Shown in pieces: positions 47,184-53,299 of a stretch of DNA of 53,299 bases. The DNA is taken from positions 1-53,299 of IMG/VR virus record IMGVR_UViG_3300033145_000217. One strand, given 5' to 3'. The DNA comes from a virus. Its lineage: Duplodnaviria; Caudoviricetes. Under the pieces are notes generated by a model, which did no database searches, was not told the origin of the DNA, and was given only the letters and a program-made list of their open reading frames with translations. Within the stretch, counting starts at the first letter, position 1; the number at the start of each line of letters is the position of its first letter. A program made the translations under genes and the position numbers.

Positions 47184-47679
47184 CTACAAATGCTTTTCTT
47201 AACTCTAAAAAACCTTTTAAAATAGCTGGCGTAAATGTGATACCTTTCGTTATTCCCATTAAAAATTTAGCATTCTCCTTCCTGTATATATTATACATCC
47301 TCTCGTTATACGTGTAAGAGTGCCTTACATTGGCTATTCTATCACATAACTTAACGAGAATTGCATCAGGATTGGCGCTTATCTTGGGATACGTCCTGTC
47401 TTTACGCTCTTTCCTTGTCTTGCCAAGTTCATCCGTCACATCATATACTACGTCTGCAATCTTCTCTCCTGCAAAACATTTTATATCGTTATATGATAGT
47501 GGTGTATCTTCAAGTATATCGTGTAATGCACACGCAATTTGGATGTCTTCATCGTAACCGAGTTCCATTGCAACAGTTACGGTTTGTTTTATATGATTGA
47601 AGTATGGAAAAGATCCATACATTTGATTTTTGTGATACATCCTTGCGTATTCTAGCGCGATTCCTACCATTGTTTTCAT
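47164..47679 (-). CDS. Stand-alone RelA/SpoT-type HD hydrolase (small alarmone hydrolase/Mesh1-like)
   Basis: H..Q.Y...PY..H, ALHDILEDT, VTD and VKLCDRIANVR. Confidence 0.88.
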   Translation of the reverse strand: MKTMVGIALEYARMYHKNQMYGSFPYFNHIKQTVTVAMELGYDEDIQIACALHDILEDTPLSYNDIKCFAGEKIADVVYDVTDELGKTRKERKDRTYPKISANPDAILVKLCDRIANVRHSYTYNERMYNIYRKENAKFLMGITKGITFTPAILKGFLELRKAFVGEIPKV

Positions 47680-47684
47680 GTTTG

Positions 47685-47972
47685 TTATTTTATGATTATA
47701 TAACCCTTATCTGATATTACATCATCATTAAAGCGTTGTTGAAAATCTATTAGACTCATTTTATCAACATCTTTGTGGTGAATTATAGCTAATTCAAATA
47801 AGTCATCATCAGTCCAAAATATTTCATGTATTTCTTTCGTAATATACTCTGGACTTAAATAATATACATAGAGCTTTGGGGTTGCTATTTTCCCGCATGG
47901 ATTATTCTGAGTCATCATTTCACAGTTATTTGTGATATTATTAGCGTCTCTATAATAATCTCCCATTACCAC
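47685..47972 (-). CDS. Hypothetical protein
   Basis: Overlaps the radical SAM stop; co-oriented. Confidence 0.5.
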   Translation of the reverse strand: MVMGDYYRDANNITNNCEMMTQNNPCGKIATPKLYVYYLSPEYITKEIHEIFWTDDDLFELAIIHHKDVDKMSLIDFQQRFNDDVISDKGYIIIK

Positions 47973-48493
47973 ATGTTTTTAAGCTTCCTAATTTCTTCAT
48001 TTACAGGTAACGGACAATCTTCAATCCACTCAATATTATCCTTGATCCTCCATAAACTGTCGTCCTGCATATATACCTCAATGCCTTTGAATACGTTGAG
48101 TCTGAGGGTTTTATTGTTATCTTGAATCCACCTCTTACGCCTGAGAAGCCAGAAGTTAAGACGGTTAAAGTCATCAACATCTGCTTGTTCGTGCAGTGTG
48201 ATAGTGATGCCATTGACGTACCTGAGTAACATCTCAATCCATCTCCTGTCGTATTGAGCTGTATACAGTATTATCTTAGCATCTGAATTTTGTTTTTTAA
48301 TTTCATTTGCTAACTGTCCTGTTTTATAAGGATGAAGTAACAACTCCCCGCCTGTTAGGATAACATGATTATAAGGGGTAAAATCATTATTAAACAGATC
48401 AATATTGTCCTCCCGGAAAGCATCCTGCTTATTACAGCATCCCACGCAATTCCTGTTGCACTTATATGTACAAATCAATCTAAGTTTTTTCAT
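47966..48493 (-). CDS. Minimal radical SAM protein
   Basis: CNRNCVGC (CX3CX2C), LTGGE, ILYT; only 175 aa. Confidence 0.85.
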   Translation of the reverse strand: MKKLRLICTYKCNRNCVGCCNKQDAFREDNIDLFNNDFTPYNHVILTGGELLLHPYKTGQLANEIKKQNSDAKIILYTAQYDRRWIEMLLRYVNGITITLHEQADVDDFNRLNFWLLRRKRWIQDNNKTLRLNVFKGIEVYMQDDSLWRIKDNIEWIEDCPLPVNEEIRKLKNMW

Positions 48494-48587
48494 TTCTCTT
48501 ATCTTTTTGTTCCTTTTTAGCTAACCTGTACGCAACGTATGTAATAAGCGATACGAGCGTAACGACTGTAATTAAAAATTCTCCCAT
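48480..48587 (-). CDS. 35-aa single-TM peptide
   Basis: Hand-translated MGEFLITVVTLVSLITYVAYRLAKKEQKDKRNEKT; fills the gap between ATP-grasp and radical SAM. Confidence 0.45.
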   Translation of the reverse strand: MGEFLITVVTLVSLITYVAYRLAKKEQKDKRNEKT

Positions 48588-48589
48588 GA

Positions 48590-49447
48590 TTATTTGATTA
48601 AAAGTTTTACAATAATATCCGCAACGTCCATATTAAGCTTATCTTCAGCTCTATCGAATCTTGGACTGTAATTAGCTTCGATAATAAAAGTGTTTCCATC
48701 AGCGTCTAAGCCAATGTCATAGCCAACAATTCCCTGTCTCCTTACGCAATATTCGCTATCTAACGCCCGTACCATAGCTTTCCGTACCTTGTCTGGTACA
48801 AACGTGGCCTTACGTTTAGTTCCCTTTCTTGCAACATTCCTCTTACTCGCAACATATACAACTTGCGGCCTAGAAAAATCTTCAATTCCATATGGGTGAA
48901 GATTAACAACAAGTACCCTGCATTCGTGCTCAAATGGGATGTACTTCTGAATTATTACGTGTCCTTCGTTCTCATCATAAGCTTCAAGGTATTCATCATA
49001 TGTGTTACACACTTTAACTCCGCGACAATACTTCCCGTCAATCGGTTTTACAATTACCGGATACTCAATAGGCTGTGAGTCTGGGTTATATGGTATATAG
49101 GTTGGAATACCACCATTAAACTGTGTGCGCTCCATACTTGATGTTGACTTGTCTCCGATTGATCTACGCAGCCTATCTAATCCGTCAACAATTAAACACC
49201 CATTAGTTTTGAGGGCTGTTGCAAGGCGATAAATTTCACTCCTATTTGGATAAGTTGTCCGGCACAGCATATGAGTAGCGTCGGATATATCAATTCCACC
49301 CGAAAGTATGATAGTGCCCTCATTGGTGGAAAGATAGGACATCTTTGTTAAGTCAGGCTCAATAATTTCGAAGTCATTATTGAATAGTGCGACTCGCATT
49401 AAGTTGCCCGTCTTGGTATTACCTGAAATAAATACAATCTTTTTCAT
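48590..49447 (-). CDS. RimK-like ATP-grasp amide ligase
   Basis: DK, IPTY, YPVIVKPIDG..CRGV, IIQKYIP..HECRVLVV, GYDI and IIEANYSP (ExN). Confidence 0.88.
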   Translation of the reverse strand: MKKIVFISGNTKTGNLMRVALFNNDFEIIEPDLTKMSYLSTNEGTIILSGGIDISDATHMLCRTTYPNRSEIYRLATALKTNGCLIVDGLDRLRRSIGDKSTSSMERTQFNGGIPTYIPYNPDSQPIEYPVIVKPIDGKYCRGVKVCNTYDEYLEAYDENEGHVIIQKYIPFEHECRVLVVNLHPYGIEDFSRPQVVYVASKRNVARKGTKRKATFVPDKVRKAMVRALDSEYCVRRQGIVGYDIGLDADGNTFIIEANYSPRFDRAEDKLNMDVADIIVKLLIK

Positions 49448-49451
49448 TTTG

Positions 49452-49706
49452 TTATTTGTTAAATTTTTTAACTAATTTTTTCATTGATCTTTTCATGTCC
49501 TTGTTATATAAGCGTTCATATTGAAGCACCGTGTCCCTGTGTCCTACATGCGGAGTTGTGCAGATTCGAATAACTTTTTCGCCTAAATGCGCCCGAACCT
49601 TACTAACAACTTCTTTGCTGGTTAATCGAGGTACAGCTTTGTCCTTATATAGTAGATAGCCTCCACCGCGATATGATAATCCCTCTAAGCCTTTGGTTTT
49701 TTTCAT
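49452..49706 (-). CDS. Small basic hypothetical protein
   Basis: 84 aa, K/R-rich; between the peptidase and ATP-grasp genes. Confidence 0.55.
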   Translation of the reverse strand: MKKTKGLEGLSYRGGGYLLYKDKAVPRLTSKEVVSKVRAHLGEKVIRICTTPHVGHRDTVLQYERLYNKDMKRSMKKLVKKFNK

Positions 49707-49717
49707 AATATTTTGTT

Positions 49718-51238
49718 TTAAAATGGTGGTAACTCAGACTTTTTTTCAAAACTGCCCCAGCTACCGAGATGATCAGCGCTTTCGTACATACCCTCAATAC
49801 CAAATATTTTCTCATAATATAATACCGTATGACCATGATCATAATGAAGTGTTGCTGATATATTCTTAATGATCTCGTCAGGTATTAGGCCATCCGTAAA
49901 CTCTTGAAACGAGTAACTGTATAAAAAAAGCGCATTATCAATTTGTTTTCGTGCTTGTTGTGATTCAGCATATTTAAGATCAGTGTCACATCCATGTTGA
50001 TGATATGTTTTTATTGACGTTTCTTCCTTGGCAGCAGCGTCTTCGGCATCCGAAATCATTTGTTGATTTGCAGTCCTTTCAGCCAGATCATCCCAATACT
50101 CGTCATTAGTTTGAGTCGCTCTATCTCCTTTATCTTGGAATTCTTCAAATTCAATTTGCGCTTCCTCCTTAATAGTTTTTGGCAGAGGACATTGATCTTT
50201 AGGAGCAATCATTTTTGAGGACTTAAGGTTGTCCGGTTTTTTACAGAAGTGACGAGCCTTCAGTCCGGTTCCTTCGTAATATAGCAGATTGCCGAAGTAA
50301 TCTCTCCATTCAAAGCATCCATAAAAGGTGTTCCATATTCTTATAAGATTACCGACATATACAGCATCATTATTATATCTAGCATTATTATACCCAATAT
50401 TATTATACCCAGTATCATTGTTGATATTCCTAGCTGGATCACCAAATCCTATATGCTTAATTTGTTTTACTATTGGTTTTGGTTTTGGAAGTGTATGCGG
50501 ATATTTAACGCCTCCCTTTTCGGAAATCATTTTAAACAGTAAGCTGAGAGCGTTATTTGCATCTTCCAACACAATAACCTCTTGCGATGAATGCGGGAAG
50601 TAGTATCCACTCCCTATATTAACGCCAGAAACACCAACACCTCTACGATGAAGAGTGGACACATCAGTGGTGGTCGACTGAGATGTTTGTACCAGTTCAA
50701 ATGATTCGGCTATTGGCGTCATGTCATTAAGGAATTCTTTAGATGCCATTGAGGCCGTAATAAAGTCAATATTGTCTCGCCTGTCAAGTTGTGCCATCCA
50801 GTTAGCTTTAGCAAATCTTTCGAGTGGCGCTCTATTTGATCCAACACATCCCACTTCTTCTTCCACAAAGAATGCCACCGATATATTATCGAAGTTTGTG
50901 AGGGCTGATAGTGCTCCCCAGATACCAACTTTATCATCACCACCAACGCCATATTGCTTCATCGTTTTCATATCAAAAGCAAAATAGAACTCACCATTAA
51001 AAAATGATTTAACATTCTTATTAACTTGATGAACTGTATCGAGATGAGCTAAAATAAATGGTCTACCTTTTCTCATATCCCCCTTATTGCAATAGAGATT
51101 ACCTTTTTGGTCATTTGTAACCTTAAGGCCAAGTTCATTCCTTATGTAGGATCGAACAAATTTCTTCATTCGTTTTTCCTGCCCAGTCTTAGATTGAATT
51201 TCTAAAATTCTTTCTAATAATTTTTTATATTTCTCCAT
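49718..51238 (-). CDS. M20/M28-family Zn peptidase with long low-complexity C-terminal extension
   Basis: AHLDTV, GGDDKVG, EEEVGCVGS, QLDR and GYYFPHS metal/catalytic motifs in the first ~245 aa. Confidence 0.88.
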   Translation of the reverse strand: MEKYKKLLERILEIQSKTGQEKRMKKFVRSYIRNELGLKVTNDQKGNLYCNKGDMRKGRPFILAHLDTVHQVNKNVKSFFNGEFYFAFDMKTMKQYGVGGDDKVGIWGALSALTNFDNISVAFFVEEEVGCVGSNRAPLERFAKANWMAQLDRRDNIDFITASMASKEFLNDMTPIAESFELVQTSQSTTTDVSTLHRRGVGVSGVNIGSGYYFPHSSQEVIVLEDANNALSLLFKMISEKGGVKYPHTLPKPKPIVKQIKHIGFGDPARNINNDTGYNNIGYNNARYNNDAVYVGNLIRIWNTFYGCFEWRDYFGNLLYYEGTGLKARHFCKKPDNLKSSKMIAPKDQCPLPKTIKEEAQIEFEEFQDKGDRATQTNDEYWDDLAERTANQQMISDAEDAAAKEETSIKTYHQHGCDTDLKYAESQQARKQIDNALFLYSYSFQEFTDGLIPDEIIKNISATLHYDHGHTVLYYEKIFGIEGMYESADHLGSWGSFEKKSELPPF

Positions 51239-51251
51239 ATATATTTGATTT

Positions 51252-53048
51252 TTATTGCCAATCTATTGATGTTTTAATTGTATTAGTTTCCCTTGCTTTT
51301 TTCGTTTTCTTTTCAAAAAATTCCCTGATGCCTTTTTGGTCATTTATATCGAATAATACCTTTTTCCCATTGATTTCTACAGTTACAAGTTTTCCCGCCT
51401 GATCTATTTTTGGCATTATATTCTCACCCTTTGAATTGAATGTGAGCCTAACGTCTTTCTTATTCTTGAAATAATATTCATTATGCCACTTGTTTGTGCA
51501 AAATTCACAAGCGAGTTCGGAATCACCCGATTCTATATGTGCATAAATCTGACGACTCTTAACTGATATTATATTACAATTGGAGCATCTCGATATTATA
51601 GCTTGAGCGCCGGTTCCGGGTGAGTGCTCCGAGCCTGGAACCTCAATAGATGATAGTTGCAACTTTGCGTAATTCTTGCTTTTTGATATTACGCTAAAAT
51701 GTTTGAACGTATCGAAGTACGGTACCTTTCTGTTCACTTTACCAAACGAAAGTTTTGACACCAAAGTTTTATAATGTGTTACCGGATCATCGTTATTGTT
51801 GCCATTTGTTAATTCATAACTTCCTGCTGATTGGCTTTTTCTCCAATAATATCCCTTCTTTTTAGCCCAATTTCTTATTGAATATATAAAATCTTCAGAG
51901 CCATAAATTCTATCCACAAATGTAAATTCATCTGTGTATTCCGAGGTCAGTTTATTTTGTTTCAGTGCCTTCCACATTAATGCTCTGCCAATTAACTTTT
52001 CATCTTCAACCGCATACATAACACTTACACCCGTAAGGTTATTGTAGAATTTAGACTGATTTGCACAAGTGTATGATCTTCTGTTTTCTTTATTCATACA
52101 TGAATTACCGAGCGTACCAATGCCGCTGGGTGCAGATGGAGTGCCGTATATACTCTCAATGTCGGTAGTTTCTTTTAAGTCGTATTCCCTTGGCAATAGT
52201 TGACCGGCAATTATTTCCCATAGACGAGCGGCTCCTTTGTCCATGTAATAATTCAATTGTTCATATGTTAAATTAAATTCACTGCTGGAGTCATAGTCAC
52301 GCATAAACTCCCGCTTACTCTTTCTTTTTTGTTTTTCAAAATCAGTTGATGATATTATTCTCCCTAAAAGATCTTCATGTTCAGTTTCTCCAAAAACGGA
52401 AAAAGCTTTTATATTAAATAATTGTTGGACGATTTTGCTTGGTTTCGTGCTCTGCTTATTAAGGTTCCAGTAGTCGTGATTTGTTTCCATCTTATCGCAG
52501 AATTTTATACCATCCTCAAGGGTTATATAATTAAATTTATTTGGAATGGACTGGAGTGCTAATACATCAAATAACACACCTTCACTTTGTTGGGCTTGAA
52601 GTGCGCTTATTGTTTTTTGAAATTCAAAGTTGAACCTATACTCTTTTTTTGTATCACTACCATTATGATCATTAAGCTTAAGGCTGAATGCGCATGTTTT
52701 GTTTAAAGCTGAACGTCTTAAGTCTATGCTTTTGTCAATCCATAAAGGATCATGAAATGAGCCGTATTTACTAAATGCTTTTATAAATTTATTCACCCAC
52801 ATTTTATAATCTTCAGTGAGCATGCTCATTGCACTAATAGCAAGATGCGAGTTTTCTAGATCATACTCCCTATTTCCCAACATTTTTTTCATAAAAACAT
52901 CAATATTGTCCTTCCCTAAAATACGGGCCAACCAAAACTCCATATAGTTGTTTCCATATGCGAAAAGTTCAATTGAATACATTGTTTTTTCAAAAGAAAT
53001 CAATGTGGTAACGCCACTTTTTTCTTTAAATACTTTAAACGTTTTCAT
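51252..53048 (-). CDS. Hypothetical 598-aa protein with SCM...GRALMW...DRIY...PYFDT domain and CxxC Zn ribbon
   Basis: Motif blocks read from the translation; function unknown. Confidence 0.6.
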   Translation of the reverse strand: MKTFKVFKEKSGVTTLISFEKTMYSIELFAYGNNYMEFWLARILGKDNIDVFMKKMLGNREYDLENSHLAISAMSMLTEDYKMWVNKFIKAFSKYGSFHDPLWIDKSIDLRRSALNKTCAFSLKLNDHNGSDTKKEYRFNFEFQKTISALQAQQSEGVLFDVLALQSIPNKFNYITLEDGIKFCDKMETNHDYWNLNKQSTKPSKIVQQLFNIKAFSVFGETEHEDLLGRIISSTDFEKQKRKSKREFMRDYDSSSEFNLTYEQLNYYMDKGAARLWEIIAGQLLPREYDLKETTDIESIYGTPSAPSGIGTLGNSCMNKENRRSYTCANQSKFYNNLTGVSVMYAVEDEKLIGRALMWKALKQNKLTSEYTDEFTFVDRIYGSEDFIYSIRNWAKKKGYYWRKSQSAGSYELTNGNNNDDPVTHYKTLVSKLSFGKVNRKVPYFDTFKHFSVISKSKNYAKLQLSSIEVPGSEHSPGTGAQAIISRCSNCNIISVKSRQIYAHIESGDSELACEFCTNKWHNEYYFKNKKDVRLTFNSKGENIMPKIDQAGKLVTVEINGKKVLFDINDQKGIREFFEKKTKKARETNTIKTSIDWQ

Positions 53049-53236
53049 GTTAATTGATTTTTTTTATTTATAAAATTTGTTTGTTTTAATATTGCAGCTC
53101 TTATTTCCTCGGTATTATCATTATATTGTAGTATTTCAGATATTTCATCCAGTCCCAGCATCCTATAGACAGGAATAATCTCATTGTTACCATCTCGTAA
53201 CTCTGCAAGGTTCCTTATGATTTCTTTTACACACAT
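53045..53236 (-). CDS. Hypothetical protein
   Basis: ATGA-coupled to the 598-aa gene; start uncertain near the window edge. Confidence 0.45.
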   Translation of the reverse strand: MCVKEIIRNLAELRDGNNEIIPVYRMLGLDEISEILQYNDNTEEIRAAILKQTNFINKKNQLT

Positions 53237-53299
53237 ATCAAGTGTTTTATAAGTGGGATTTTAATGCGTATGAGGCTCTTATCGTAGCCCCCTGCTGAT

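Noticed and set aside
49280-49330. ILSGGIDIS in the ATP-grasp N-terminus as a glutamine amidotransferase motif
   Set aside because: No accompanying nucleophile-elbow Cys or HPE motif; the segment fits a RimK-type pre-ATP-grasp region.
1-53299. Stop-codon reassignment as in some crAss-like phages
   Set aside because: The standard code gives long, densely tiled ORFs with intact motifs; TAG and TGA end genes at sensible junctions, including ATGA overlaps.

Overview
A 53-kb internal segment of a tailed dsDNA phage genome, almost certainly infecting Bacteroidota. Evidence: at least nine TTTG/TTAG-N19-20-TAnnTT(T/C)(G/A) promoters, A-rich translation starts without Shine-Dalgarno motifs, and a DUF3127-type SSB. 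It has two convergent arms that meet at a bidirectional terminator near 31.2 kb. The + arm (1-31.2 kb) carries the 3' end of a tail fibre with an S74 chaperone domain, a dNMP-kinase-like gene, a RepL-like HTH, a phage chaperonin set (GroEL, a 90-aa unknown and a tandem double-GroES), terminase, portal, scaffold, major capsid protein, podovirus/crAss-like ring and muzzle tail proteins, three ejection-type proteins (the largest 2276 aa), an amidase endolysin, a mini-HNH and a DEDD exonuclease. The - arm (31.2-53.3 kb) carries a class II-type RNR, a glucosaminidase, a primase-helicase, SSB, a Cas4-like exonuclease with a Sak/Rad52-like annealase, and a repeat-bounded patch of mosaic small genes. 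It ends in an early cluster of RtcB, a SpoT-like HD hydrolase, a minimal radical SAM, a RimK-like ATP-grasp ligase, an M20/M28 Zn peptidase and a 598-aa SCM-motif protein. I recognised no tRNA, CRISPR array, integrase, DNA polymerase or RNA polymerase in the window. All family calls come from motifs read by eye, not database searches. The strongest candidates for undescribed biology are the ligase/peptidase/radical SAM plus RNA-repair cluster, the three-gene chaperonin, and the nested-repeat domain-shuffling cassette.
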